Positions 19,315 through 29,440 of a stretch of DNA of 64,000 nt are shown here, one piece after another. The DNA is from a virus (lineage: Duplodnaviria; Caudoviricetes), in the IMG/VR virus record IMGVR_UViG_3300020576_005257, positions 170,928 through 234,927 of that record; one strand, given 5' to 3'. The notes under the pieces were generated by a model. The model did no database searches and was not told where the DNA came from. It saw only the letters and a list, made by a program, of their open reading frames with translations. The translations under genes and the position numbers were made by a program. The stretch's first letter is position 1. Every line of letters starts with the position of its first letter.

Positions 19315-20546
19315 TTCTTTAACATCTGGGCCGCTTGTAAGGCTTTCATACTAGGATCTATGGGAGGGAATTTCTCAAAATCACTGCTCTTGATTCTTAG
19401 TGTATTTTTAACAGTCTCAAATAACACCTGTGGGTCTTTTAAAGATGATAAGTTTCTTTCTAATTGCCCCAATACATCAACAGCCTGAACAAATAATTTA
19501 GCATTGACATTCTGTTTAAGGTTATCAAATATTAAAGTTCTAGCTTCTGTGGACTGATAAAATTGTTGGTCAGTTCTGGAAATTTCTGATTCTATTTTTG
19601 TTAAAGACCTAAATAAAGCATTATCTAACATTCTTCTAAACTGGTAAATATGTGGATCAGGGGTCAGGATATTGTTAGAAGTCTCCATATCCTCAGTCCT
19701 ATCTAACATTCCTTGGGTAAAGCCAAACAAAACTCCAAGATTTTGACTGTTAGTATTCTTAGCATACGATAACATACTAATTTGACCTATAACAGAATCA
19801 AGTGAATTTTCTAGGAGTTTAAACTGGTCAAATAAACTATCGATCTCTGTGGTAATTAAATAATTGGCTTGATTGGAAAATTTCCTAATAAAATCAGGGT
19901 ATTTTGTACTAAAATCACCAATACTATCAAAAAAACCATCCCCCAAAGAGAAGTTCTTAAAAGAATTGATGTCAGATAAGAAAGTTTGTAAGTGTCGTAT
20001 AATGTTTTGATCTTTATACAACATTAAAGACAATAATTGAGAAGTAGATACCTGTTCAAAAAACCCAGTGTTCTGGTTAATAATGGGCAGATAGCTGCTT
20101 TGATAAGAGTGTTCGATTACTGCCACCTGTGCTCTTGCACGATAGGCATCTTTAATCAGAATAATTCTAGGATCTTTTTGTCTTCTATAAACATCTCTTT
20201 CTACAATCTTCTGTATATTGTCTGGTGGGACTGGATTAGATTTATATGGTCCATCAAGAGGGGTAGTAAATTGGGTTCTTGCTGAGGAAAAGAAGGCATC
20301 AAAAACAATATCAGATTGATATTGTTTGGTAATATCATTTAAAAAACGATCATATTCTTCTCTTACAGCTTTGGCAGTATTAAAGACATCTAGTGCTAGT
20401 TGATTAGGAGGGGTTTCTTGTATAGTTCTAACAAAATCAACCTCAGTGCCCGCAATTGGTCCAACTTTATTAGAAATTTCAGATACAAGCTGATCAACTT
20501 TCTTCTCAATTGTTTTTGTATCTATGAATTTACCAAATGCACTCAT
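19296..20546 (-). CDS. Hypothetical helical protein
   Basis: 416-aa ORF coupled to terminase stop. Confidence 0.6.
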   Translation of the reverse strand: MSAFGKFIDTKTIEKKVDQLVSEISNKVGPIAGTEVDFVRTIQETPPNQLALDVFNTAKAVREEYDRFLNDITKQYQSDIVFDAFFSSARTQFTTPLDGPYKSNPVPPDNIQKIVERDVYRRQKDPRIILIKDAYRARAQVAVIEHSYQSSYLPIINQNTGFFEQVSTSQLLSLMLYKDQNIIRHLQTFLSDINSFKNFSLGDGFFDSIGDFSTKYPDFIRKFSNQANYLITTEIDSLFDQFKLLENSLDSVIGQISMLSYAKNTNSQNLGVLFGFTQGMLDRTEDMETSNNILTPDPHIYQFRRMLDNALFRSLTKIESEISRTDQQFYQSTEARTLIFDNLKQNVNAKLFVQAVDVLGQLERNLSSLKDPQVLFETVKNTLRIKSSDFEKFPPIDPSMKALQAAQMLKNWSLKF

Positions 20547-22927
20547 TAAAAATTACTCCTGTTGTACCCAAATGTATTAGTATCTAGTTCTGATCTATCG
20601 AAATAGAAACTGCTACCATCTCTGTCTTCTTTATCTTGAAGCATCAGTGTTTTCATTGTAGATCTGAACATATCTTCATCATTAGGAACCTGAATGACCC
20701 CCAATCTCTCAAAAGTCTTATTATTTTCAGGGTAAGGGTTTTCGTAATACTGGAAAATGGCCCACATAGTCATTAACCAGTTATCTATATAGTGTTCTTC
20801 CCCACCAGAATATTTAGTAGTTCTCTTGGTTTCTCCTTTGATTTTGAAGTTAACAAACTGTTTTTTGTAATCTTCTCTGTGTAAAGGAATCCTAATTAAA
20901 TCTTTTTGGAACTTGTTTTTAAGCATATCAACAAGATATGGCTTAACCTGAATTGAAATATCCTCTTCAGTTATGGGATCAGGGACTTTAATTGATTTAT
21001 TAAACGGCAGTTGTAAAAGTTTTGAATGAAGTTGTAGATCAGTTCTTCGATTAGCCACAGTAATTAGATCTTCCCATTGCTTCATTCCAGACCCAAGATC
21101 CACTACAATAAGTTCTGGGTCAAAAACCTCTACTAGTTTTTCAATTTCCTCAATAGCAAAGGTATAAGTCATTTCGCTGGGCGGAACTTCTACATGATAA
21201 AGATGTCTGGCAGTTTTATTAATAGGATCATATTGGGCAAGTAAAATATTTGTACCTGCTTGAACTTTATCCCAGTCAACTGTTAAGAAGACAGGTAAAT
21301 TTGGATTTCTATACTTAGAACTTGGCTCCCAATCTTCTGAGAACACACTTTCAATATCTTCTAACCTGAAAACACAATTATCAGCCTGAGTGACTTGCAG
21401 TAAATACTCAGTCTTCCAGATCTCGTCTGGAACTGATAACCTCTCCTCCTCAACCATTTCCTCAGTATAATCTGGGTTTTGATCAATTGGGACTTTTATT
21501 ACGGTCTCTTTTTTAGTGGGCTCTAGAAGATCAATTTTCTTGTAATAATAACCATCTGCTCGGTTCAGAGTTCCTGCAATATAGCATCTAATCTTATCTC
21601 TACGAGTAAGGTCACCTCGCATAATAGGAATAAGAACTCGCCAATCTTCGTCAGAGAATCCCTGAGACTCGTCCAAAATACAAATATCAGCTGTGATACC
21701 TCTTAATTTATCAGGAGCAACACCATTGACACCAAGAATATGTCCCTCAATAAATGATCCAGTAATAAAAGATCTAAGTGGAGGTGTTGTTGTATTTCCT
21801 ACAGGACTCTTGAAACCTTGTAGAAGAGGATTAGCCGCAATCCAGTCATCTAAAACATCAAAGAACTCTGTAATTTGAACAGATGATGGTGCAAAGAGAT
21901 GTATTTTTTTATTTTGTTGCGTTACAGCATGCCACAACGCAATAACAATAAAGGAGAAACTATTGTGAATTATGGTATTATTGGCAACAAAATTAGTGTC
22001 TGGGTGCCCTACACATAACTCATAAACATCTTTGAGTCCTGCGTCTTTCTTATTTACAACTAAATCCCATCTACGACTACTTTTAGTTTCAAATACTTCT
22101 ACATCTGCATCTAGGATAACACCCAGAAAAAGATTACGCTCTAACTCTTCATCTATGCGTAAAATCCCATCTTTTGTAACTCTGGAATATATTTCAAAAC
22201 GATATAAAAGATGTTGAACATCAAATGCGAGATTTTTGTTAAAAAATGATAAAGTAATATTCTGATTTTTATGGTCAAATCTACCATAATAAGAGAATAA
22301 AGCCTTTAAATAAAGATGTAAACAATAGTTATTGTAGTTAAAAATTTCATCAGGAATTCTGCTTTTATTAATTGTAGCTTCATAAGTTTGAAGGATTGTT
22401 TCCTCACTTACTTCGTTATCCCCCTCTGGAAATTTACTGGCTGCAAGTAATTCTTGTCCAATTCGTACATCCCCAGCAGGAATCCACCCCATTTTCCTTT
22501 CCAACACCATATGGTCTGTAGAAAGGGTTAAAGCTACCCCCGATTCAAGTCGAATACTAACACACAGTTTCTTTCCAGAATACTCCCACTCAGCAATACT
22601 GGACTCTACAATATTTTTCTCAAAATCAAAACAATATGTATTCTTTACTTTAGCAGCTTGATCTATACGAAGAGGTCTGCGGGTAGTAGAATCTATAACG
22701 TATGAGTTCCCTGCTGCTGACTTACCTCCACGACGATGTACACATACCCAAGTATCTCTCTTCTTGGAAGAAAGAACTATTCTTTGAGGATAATTGGCCT
22801 TAAATGCAGTAAAAGGAGGCCCAGGGTTGGGGCTCTTTAAAAATTGCTCAGCAAAACTAAGAGGACTACTCCTAGCTTTGATTAGCCTTTCTTTATCTTC
22901 TGGAGAAAGCTTATCAAACTCAAACAT
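20546..22927 (-). CDS. terL: Terminase large subunit containing an intein
   Basis: Walker A HRRGGK/S, LRGITADICILDESQ Walker B, nuclease TVDWD and HYIDN. Confidence 0.92.
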   Translation of the reverse strand: MFEFDKLSPEDKERLIKARSSPLSFAEQFLKSPNPGPPFTAFKANYPQRIVLSSKKRDTWVCVHRRGGKSAAGNSYVIDSTTRRPLRIDQAAKVKNTYCFDFEKNIVESSIAEWEYSGKKLCVSIRLESGVALTLSTDHMVLERKMGWIPAGDVRIGQELLAASKFPEGDNEVSEETILQTYEATINKSRIPDEIFNYNNYCLHLYLKALFSYYGRFDHKNQNITLSFFNKNLAFDVQHLLYRFEIYSRVTKDGILRIDEELERNLFLGVILDADVEVFETKSSRRWDLVVNKKDAGLKDVYELCVGHPDTNFVANNTIIHNSFSFIVIALWHAVTQQNKKIHLFAPSSVQITEFFDVLDDWIAANPLLQGFKSPVGNTTTPPLRSFITGSFIEGHILGVNGVAPDKLRGITADICILDESQGFSDEDWRVLIPIMRGDLTRRDKIRCYIAGTLNRADGYYYKKIDLLEPTKKETVIKVPIDQNPDYTEEMVEEERLSVPDEIWKTEYLLQVTQADNCVFRLEDIESVFSEDWEPSSKYRNPNLPVFLTVDWDKVQAGTNILLAQYDPINKTARHLYHVEVPPSEMTYTFAIEEIEKLVEVFDPELIVVDLGSGMKQWEDLITVANRRTDLQLHSKLLQLPFNKSIKVPDPITEEDISIQVKPYLVDMLKNKFQKDLIRIPLHREDYKKQFVNFKIKGETKRTTKYSGGEEHYIDNWLMTMWAIFQYYENPYPENNKTFERLGVIQVPNDEDMFRSTMKTLMLQDKEDRDGSSFYFDRSELDTNTFGYNRSNF
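21962..22720 (-). mobile_element. Intein (253 aa) in terminase Walker A with degenerate homing endonuclease
   Basis: Starts S1 after GGK, block B STDH, block F/G VYELCV...NFVANNTIIHN followed by Ser; central LYLKALFSYYG LAGLIDADG remnant. Confidence 0.88.
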
Positions 22928-22930
22928 AAT

Positions 22931-23422
22931 TTATCTACGGAGGTACCGACCAGCCATTACGCTAGCCTCACTTCCAATCATTCCACTATTATTGTTCATA
23001 GTATTTTTAGCCATTTGAAAAGAATAATTTGCTAATTCCATCCCCTGACTAGAATAACTAAAAGGCACAGCAGCCATGGTTCTGCTACTATACTCCGATC
23101 TTATTGATGCCCCTACTTTCTTGGTGTAATCTCCAGCATGAAATGCCGCATTAATAAGAGCACCACCAAAGAACTGACCAAAAAATCCAAAACCCATAAA
23201 GAGATAGGAAGAAGCAATAGTTCCCGCTGTATCCCTTAATTTTGTCTCTTGCGGGGCAAACATATAAGTTAAACCCCCGGCAATTAAAGTGTTTTGAGCT
23301 AAAGCCCATACAGGATTCCCAGAAAATCTGGATCCTGCTTTTAAGGCACCCATAGATAAAAATCTACTGCTACCTTTTCCTAATACTGCCTTAGTCCCAG
23401 CATTTAGGAGTCTTCCCCACAT
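22931..23422 (-). CDS. Gly/Ala-rich hydrophobic protein (possible ejection/internal protein)
   Basis: 163 aa, coupled to neighbours. Confidence 0.55.
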   Translation of the reverse strand: MWGRLLNAGTKAVLGKGSSRFLSMGALKAGSRFSGNPVWALAQNTLIAGGLTYMFAPQETKLRDTAGTIASSYLFMGFGFFGQFFGGALINAAFHAGDYTKKVGASIRSEYSSRTMAAVPFSYSSQGMELANYSFQMAKNTMNNNSGMIGSEASVMAGRYLRR

Positions 23423-24072
23423 TACCGTCTCCTACCCATGACAGCCTGACCATATCTGGCGTTAGCTCCCATATCATTAATTTGACGGATATTTGTACCA
23501 TCATAATAAACTGTTGGATCAGATGGCTGGTAACCGATGCCTTGCACTAATCCTTTGGAACTAGAGTATACAGTTGCACCAATAGCTACATTTCTAACTA
23601 TATTAGCATTTAAAGCAAACTTCCGTTCGTCAGCAACAGTCTCCATTACAACTCTTCGAGCACCGCCACCAACTCCCACATGACCTAATTTCATGCCAGA
23701 TAGCTTCTTTTTAGCATCTCTGTTTACAGCATTCTGCATCAAATCATCCATACTAATGTCGTGATGAGTAAAGGCAGGGCCGTGTCCCTTCATACCAGAT
23801 CCTTTAAATCCATTTTTCTCTAAGAAGTCTGGTTTAACAAGTTTAGATAGATTCCCATGATTAACAGCCCTATCAACAGTGCTGTTAAAATGAGGAAAAA
23901 TTTTCTTTAATGCTTCTTGACCAGTTTTAGCCCTTTTACTGAAGGGAAGCAGTAGATTAGATGCAAAAGTTAATGCTCCTTCACTACCTCTAGCAGCAGA
24001 TCCTGCAATATTAGCTCCGACTGCACCAGTAGTAGCTAACTTAGAAAATATCTTGGCGAAAACATTAAACAT
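23422..24072 (-). CDS. Basic Gly/Ala-rich protein (possible ejection/internal protein)
   Basis: 216 aa, coupled to neighbours. Confidence 0.55.
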   Translation of the reverse strand: MFNVFAKIFSKLATTGAVGANIAGSAARGSEGALTFASNLLLPFSKRAKTGQEALKKIFPHFNSTVDRAVNHGNLSKLVKPDFLEKNGFKGSGMKGHGPAFTHHDISMDDLMQNAVNRDAKKKLSGMKLGHVGVGGGARRVVMETVADERKFALNANIVRNVAIGATVYSSSKGLVQGIGYQPSDPTVYYDGTNIRQINDMGANARYGQAVMGRRR

Positions 24073-24827
24073 TATTCTTCAGGTTCTTCAGTAGGATCAA
24101 CAGGAGGCAAAGCTTCTGGTTCTTCGTCAACATTAAAGTTGAAAATAGAGAGCAAAGCTTCTTTTTCCTTGCCAAATTGTGCAGCAGCTTGCAGCCTGTC
24201 TTTTCTGGATGCAACCAAGGATTTTTGAGCCTTGTCAATCATACTATCAATTCTTTCTGCTGTCTTTAATAGGGGATGTTCTTTTATTTCACCGAACTTC
24301 TCATTTGTTTTTCTATCTACATCAACAGCGGCAAGAACAGTCAACCCTTCCAAAGCGATTTGCCAGTCTACTCGTCTGCGATAAATCATCCACCTGACAA
24401 GGTTAGCAACGTTAATAATGTCAACAGTCTGATTTGGTTCAATATTAAGGTCTTTAACGAGTGAAGTAAAGTGTTGTACCCCTAAAATCCGATCTGCTCT
24501 ACATTGTGACCCTATCATAGATCCAACGTCCTTTTCCTTCATAATAGCAATGACTGGACACAGCTGAGCATATTTGCAATTATGTCCCATACAATACATC
24601 GGTACGTCTGAGATAATAGGAATCTTTTTAGGAATACGTACTTGCTTGGTGGGGTCCCAGCTAGTACCAAACAACATATAGGTGCCTAATTTTTGTAAGG
24701 CATCTGTAAACTCTTCTTCAGTAATTGGGGCTGCTAAATTAAACTTTTTAGCATCCTCAGCAATAAGTGCCTTATCTACCGAACTTAGAGGGGTTAAGAT
24801 ATTGTCTATTGAGTTGTCTGAGATCAT
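24072..24827 (-). CDS. Probable terminase small subunit
   Basis: Upstream of terL; Cys cluster CMGHNCKYAQLCP; EHPLL...SLVASRKDR resembles TerS C-termini. Confidence 0.5.
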   Translation of the reverse strand: MISDNSIDNILTPLSSVDKALIAEDAKKFNLAAPITEEEFTDALQKLGTYMLFGTSWDPTKQVRIPKKIPIISDVPMYCMGHNCKYAQLCPVIAIMKEKDVGSMIGSQCRADRILGVQHFTSLVKDLNIEPNQTVDIINVANLVRWMIYRRRVDWQIALEGLTVLAAVDVDRKTNEKFGEIKEHPLLKTAERIDSMIDKAQKSLVASRKDRLQAAAQFGKEKEALLSIFNFNVDEEPEALPPVDPTEEPEE

Positions 24828-25203
24828 GTTTGACCTTTTCTAGGCAAAAAACTTTTACTGGTGTAGAAGGTTTGATTTTAGGGTGAACCTCTAGAAATGT
24901 TTCTATGTCCTGCGGTCCCCACATTAATTGCCATTCTGGACGAAGGATATCTTTAAGTCTAGTATCCCTTATATAGCGAACATCATAAAATTGAGTGCTT
25001 TTGACTGGTTGATTAGGTTCTACCTCTCTTTCAAAAAAATTCTCATCTTCATAAACTTGAAGTTGTATTGATGTCTCCAATTGAGTAGTTTTACAAAATG
25101 GATTTTCAGGATCTGCAAGTATACAGAAAACCTTATAACGACCAAATATCTGATAATCAGACTCAGGAACAGGCAATTCACTGTGAAACATGTTTGCACC
25201 CAT
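24772..25203 (-). CDS. Hypothetical protein
   Basis: 143-aa ORF, first gene of late operon. Confidence 0.55.
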   Translation of the reverse strand: MGANMFHSELPVPESDYQIFGRYKVFCILADPENPFCKTTQLETSIQLQVYEDENFFEREVEPNQPVKSTQFYDVRYIRDTRLKDILRPEWQLMWGPQDIETFLEVHPKIKPSTPVKVFCLEKVKHDLRQLNRQYLNPSKFGR

Positions 25204-25228
25204 TAATAATTAGTGTATACTTTACAGA

Positions 25229-25293
25229 CCTCTATTTATTCCTTTAAATATGTTTTTATACAAAGAAATAGAGGCTAAATGAACCCTATTTAT
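25229..25293. promoter_or_regulatory. Divergent candidate late promoters (CCTCTATTT on both strands)
   Basis: CCTCTATTTA + at 25229, CCTCTATTTC - at 25265-25274, CCCTATTTA + at 25284, between divergent genes. Confidence 0.55.
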
Positions 25294-25304
25294 GGTAGAC
25301 ATCT

Positions 25305-28300
25305 ATGAATCCCCTAGATAATGGTATAGAAAATATAGATGATTTAGATTTAGGACAAGCCGCCCCCAGCCTAAATGTTATCAAAAACGTCCCAGTTAAT
25401 GGGCAAGACACCAATGTCTTTTTCCGTGATATTGGTGGTAAAACTCCAGAAGTAGCTTCTAAGTTAATTGAGCTTGTTAATAGGAATAAGCTCTCTGGTG
25501 GCAAACAATCTCAACTTATTGCTGCTCATTTAGCTGAGAATGAGAAGTTCTTTGAAAGGGCTTTACTTCTTAATTCTGTTGAGGCTGGAAGGATTGATGT
25601 TGGAGCAGCATTAAAATCTTTCTTTGCCAGTAAATTTACTGTAGCAGATGCCCAGAGAAGACATGGGTACGAAATTGAAATACTCAGAGCTAAGGTTATT
25701 GCCTCAACAACAGGCATACCTCTCCATAAAAAAGCATTACAACAACACCAAGCATATTTAGCTGGAAATGGACAACATCCTTTAGGAGAATTACGCAAAT
25801 CACCCATTGACCCATATAAAAATACTAAGGGTTATTATCATATTGAAAGAGATAAAAATGGTAACAACGTCATTTACCTTAACGATATCCAAGCTGGTGC
25901 TATGGTTGTTGATATGGACGGTGACGAACTTACTGCTACCATAGCTCGTAAGAGAGATAAAAGCGGGAATATCATAGAAGAGTTTATGATTCCTGTTAAA
26001 GAACCATTACTTCAAAATCTACCTGTTTTTCGTAATATTAACTACGAAAAAGGTGTTAATTTTGATAAAACCAAGCTATTTGGTAAGTTTACAGGCTTAA
26101 ATTTCGGAGATCTGGGTGATAGGTTAGATCCAGACAGCATTAAATCAGCCTTTAGTAATGAGCTTTCTTCCAGAAAATACTCGGTTGTAGGTGATTTTTT
26201 AAGGGCTTATGATAAGCCAGAGTCCAGAGCAGGGTTTGGTGGGGTTCGTAATTTAGATTCAGTAAGAAAATATATAGCGGAAAAATCATTAGCAGCAAAT
26301 GAAACTGGTATTTTCACTATAGCTCACGACCAAAGAGCTATAATTACCAACCTATATGAGTTGCATAGAATGAGAGAGGCTGAGCCTAATAAGTATTTAA
26401 GTATGCTTAAAGAGCAGCAAGAAGCAGCCAGAGCACAGCTAGAAATTCTAAGACGAGAACCAAATAAAACTGCTAAAGTAATTGGTGGTAAAGCTTTTGG
26501 TGTATATAATGCTCAAGGTGAGTTAATTCAAGCAAATGAAGAAACATTTTTAGAAAGTATGCTTCATTTTAGTGATGACCCCACTAAAAACCTTAATTTA
26601 CGCAGAAAAACTGAAATTGACTACATATCCAAACATATGCTTGACGACCCAGAGCGATTAGACGATATTGAAGTCAGATCGTTGAAAGTTGGACGTAATG
26701 CTAATGCAATTTCTAGGTCCGATGCTTTAAGTATTGTTGACACCTTCAAAGAATATGTAAATGATCCTTTGTTAATGAGAGTTAAAACAATTACTCAGCT
26801 TAATGATAGAATTCACGCCTCATTAATTAGTTCTTTAGTATCAAAAACTGATGATGAAACCTTCTTTGATGTAACTAACAGAGCTTTCTTAAATGTCAAC
26901 ATAGATGATATTCAGACTAGAAAAGGGGATATTGAACCACGTTCTCCTATTAATTATGGGGATTATTCTGGAAGAAGACAAGGAACCACTTTAGGTAGGT
27001 TATCACAGGTGCCTGTGGTTGATAATAAACCACTTATTCAATTCCAAGAACTCAATGGTTTTGAGGGTATTGTTACAGCTGATCATCTAAAAGATAATAT
27101 TAACTATCGGCCAGCACCTTTAGCTATCACCATTAGAAATGCTCAAGGTCAAGTTGTAGCCCCTCAAATTGGCGGTAGTAATGGTAATGATATTACCCAA
27201 GTTAGTTTATTTGGTAATATAGCTAGCCCCTCAAATGGTGGTGTTGCTCTTCATAATCGCAGAGAATACCTAGCTACAGAGCTAGAAAGAAGACTCCAAG
27301 AACAGTATGGTAATACTAGACAATTTGGTGATACTTCTGGTGAACTTGAATTTCATACTATTCTACAAAGATTAACTCAAGATAGTGATACTAAACGACA
27401 AATTGCTTCTTCTTACGGTATTGATCCTAACAACATAGATCAGGTCAATTCGTTTAGCAGAACCATGCGTCAAAAGCTAGAAACTGCTGGTGCTGGAAGT
27501 GCTTTACACCAAGAAATAGCCTTAAAATACGATGTTACTCATAGGGGAGCTATGCTTACCACTATTCAGAAGCATCTTAATGATATTATAAGCCATGCTA
27601 ACGGTTTAACTGATGCAGCTGTAGAAATTGATCCTAATACAGGGTATATTAAGGCTGCTAATCCTCTTGATGTTCGCAGAGTATCAGCAAGATATGGTCT
27701 TGATGTAAGAGGACAAAACCTCTCTCCAGAGGTAAAAACCGACACCATTATGCAAGCTCTGCACAGTTTTGGTGGTTTTATTAGTAAAAATACATCTAGT
27801 GGTTCTGATAGATATATGCAGATGGCTTTTGGATCTGCTCCCGGTGATATTAGAACCGTTGGAATGGATCTAAGATATTTTACACCTTTAGAGCAAGCTA
27901 AACGACAAACAGACATTCAAAGACAAATGGCTGGGGGTATTAGGCTTGGTAAAGCTCGTATGGTGTTGGCTGATACTGAAATTCCTTTAGAATATTTCAG
28001 AATGACTGATCCAAATGCTTCTATGGGTCTAAAAAGACCTGATGAAGGTGTGATTTTAATGTCTCGTAGTTTTAGAGACAGATCTATTGAGCAGATTAAA
28101 ACTAAACTACAAATAGGTCCCACTTTGACCCAAGATAAATTAGGTGGGTCTATGGAAGATTATGTTGCCTATATGTTAGGTGACAGACAGCTTGCTAATG
28201 GAAGAAGATTAACTAGACTGGAAGAACAACATCTTCGTACTAAATTCCAAAAAGAATTTATGGGTATGTGGGATAAGAAGCAGATAGGTGGTAATACTAT

Positions 28301-29087
28301 TTATCATCTTAACGAAAAGGGCATGGATACTACTTTAAACAGAGTATTTAAAATGGGTTCTCTTTTCGGTGATAAAGCAGTTGTTCACACAGTAGATGAT
28401 ATGAGAGATGCAGAAGGCAAATTAATTGATGTCTTGATGCATATTAACCAATCTAGATCGCGTGGTAATGAAATTCCCAGATATCAACAGGTACTCCAAA
28501 CAGCTATTAATGAAGGAAGACTTAGTATTGATGATTTGGGAGAAGAATTTAGAGCTGGAGCCAGAGGTGGTCTTATTAATTTTGAAGAGGTCTTTGAAAA
28601 ACACGGACACGACCAAGATACCTTTCTTTCCAGAATTAAAACAGGCTTTATTGATCCACTAGAAAAAGTTCAACAAAATATTACGTTAACTGATCGTGGG
28701 GCAACTCAGGCTTTTAGTGGTTTAGTGGCAGAAACAGATGATCTATTTGCTGCTGGTAACTACGGTGATGTTTATAAGAGCTTTAAGGAAACTAATTTAA
28801 CTAGTAGAACTCTCGGTAGACCCAAATTGCTTGGTAAAATTGCTAATGCGTTAGACGATGAATTTGGCAATAATATTGCTGGTATAGGGGCACAGTTTAT
28901 TTTCCATGCCATGGGTTCTTTTGCCAAACAAATGTCAGAAGCTAATGTGGTTGGTGCAGGAATTAAAGAAAGTTTTAGTGCTGCTGAAATAATAAACTCT
29001 TCCAAGCAAGTTGTCCGTGGTGGACGAGAAGCTGGAAGAGCTTTACAGGATAGCCTAATGAATGAGGCTGGGATACCTAAACTTTAA
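25305..29087 (+). CDS. Single-chain two-barrel RNA polymerase (candidate virion RNAP)
   Basis: Catalytic-type DMDGD (25911-25925); beta-type FKMGSLFGDKAVV...EGKLIDVLMH...SRG with both conserved lysines (28350, 28374). Confidence 0.8.
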   Translation: MNPLDNGIENIDDLDLGQAAPSLNVIKNVPVNGQDTNVFFRDIGGKTPEVASKLIELVNRNKLSGGKQSQLIAAHLAENEKFFERALLLNSVEAGRIDVGAALKSFFASKFTVADAQRRHGYEIEILRAKVIASTTGIPLHKKALQQHQAYLAGNGQHPLGELRKSPIDPYKNTKGYYHIERDKNGNNVIYLNDIQAGAMVVDMDGDELTATIARKRDKSGNIIEEFMIPVKEPLLQNLPVFRNINYEKGVNFDKTKLFGKFTGLNFGDLGDRLDPDSIKSAFSNELSSRKYSVVGDFLRAYDKPESRAGFGGVRNLDSVRKYIAEKSLAANETGIFTIAHDQRAIITNLYELHRMREAEPNKYLSMLKEQQEAARAQLEILRREPNKTAKVIGGKAFGVYNAQGELIQANEETFLESMLHFSDDPTKNLNLRRKTEIDYISKHMLDDPERLDDIEVRSLKVGRNANAISRSDALSIVDTFKEYVNDPLLMRVKTITQLNDRIHASLISSLVSKTDDETFFDVTNRAFLNVNIDDIQTRKGDIEPRSPINYGDYSGRRQGTTLGRLSQVPVVDNKPLIQFQELNGFEGIVTADHLKDNINYRPAPLAITIRNAQGQVVAPQIGGSNGNDITQVSLFGNIASPSNGGVALHNRREYLATELERRLQEQYGNTRQFGDTSGELEFHTILQRLTQDSDTKRQIASSYGIDPNNIDQVNSFSRTMRQKLETAGAGSALHQEIALKYDVTHRGAMLTTIQKHLNDIISHANGLTDAAVEIDPNTGYIKAANPLDVRRVSARYGLDVRGQNLSPEVKTDTIMQALHSFGGFISKNTSSGSDRYMQMAFGSAPGDIRTVGMDLRYFTPLEQAKRQTDIQRQMAGGIRLGKARMVLADTEIPLEYFRMTDPNASMGLKRPDEGVILMSRSFRDRSIEQIKTKLQIGPTLTQDKLGGSMEDYVAYMLGDRQLANGRRLTRLEEQHLRTKFQKEFMGMWDKKQIGGNTIYHLNEKGMDTTLNRVFKMGSLFGDKAVVHTVDDMRDAEGKLIDVLMHINQSRSRGNEIPRYQQVLQTAINEGRLSIDDLGEEFRAGARGGLINFEEVFEKHGHDQDTFLSRIKTGFIDPLEKVQQNITLTDRGATQAFSGLVAETDDLFAAGNYGDVYKSFKETNLTSRTLGRPKLLGKIANALDDEFGNNIAGIGAQFIFHAMGSFAKQMSEANVVGAGIKESFSAAEIINSSKQVVRGGREAGRALQDSLMNEAGIPKL

Positions 29088-29440
29088 TCTTCTATTTTAC
29101 ATGTGACTTCATACCAAATAGGAGGACTACCAGGTCTTGGTATGCCTCTATCTTTTTCCCAGGGATATGGGTTTAAGGGATTATAAGGAGTAGGTCTTGG
29201 GTTGGTAATTGGTTGGGGTAGAGGTGGTAATGTGGGAATATCTAATCCCGCATAAATAATCACTAAATCAGAAATAGCCACTAATTTCTTTAAAGAATTA
29301 TTAAGGTTATTTATTTTGGTAGAATAAGTTTTAACAAGTGCCTGTGTGTCAACAGAAATTTCTATTAACTCTTGCTCAATACAAGCTACAATTTCTATAA
29401 AATTGGCTTTAGTTGTAAATTTGATATTATAAACTGACAT
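29084..29440 (-). CDS. Hypothetical protein with Pro-rich C-terminus
   Basis: 118 aa overlapping rmlA stop. Confidence 0.55.
   Translation of the reverse strand: MSVYNIKFTTKANFIEIVACIEQELIEISVDTQALVKTYSTKINNLNNSLKKLVAISDLVIIYAGLDIPTLPPLPQPITNPRPTPYNPLNPYPWEKDRGIPRPGSPPIWYEVTCKIED

Noticed and set aside
25305-29087. Tape measure protein
   Set aside because: Opposite strand to tail genes, lacks TMP repeats, and carries RNAP motifs of both barrels
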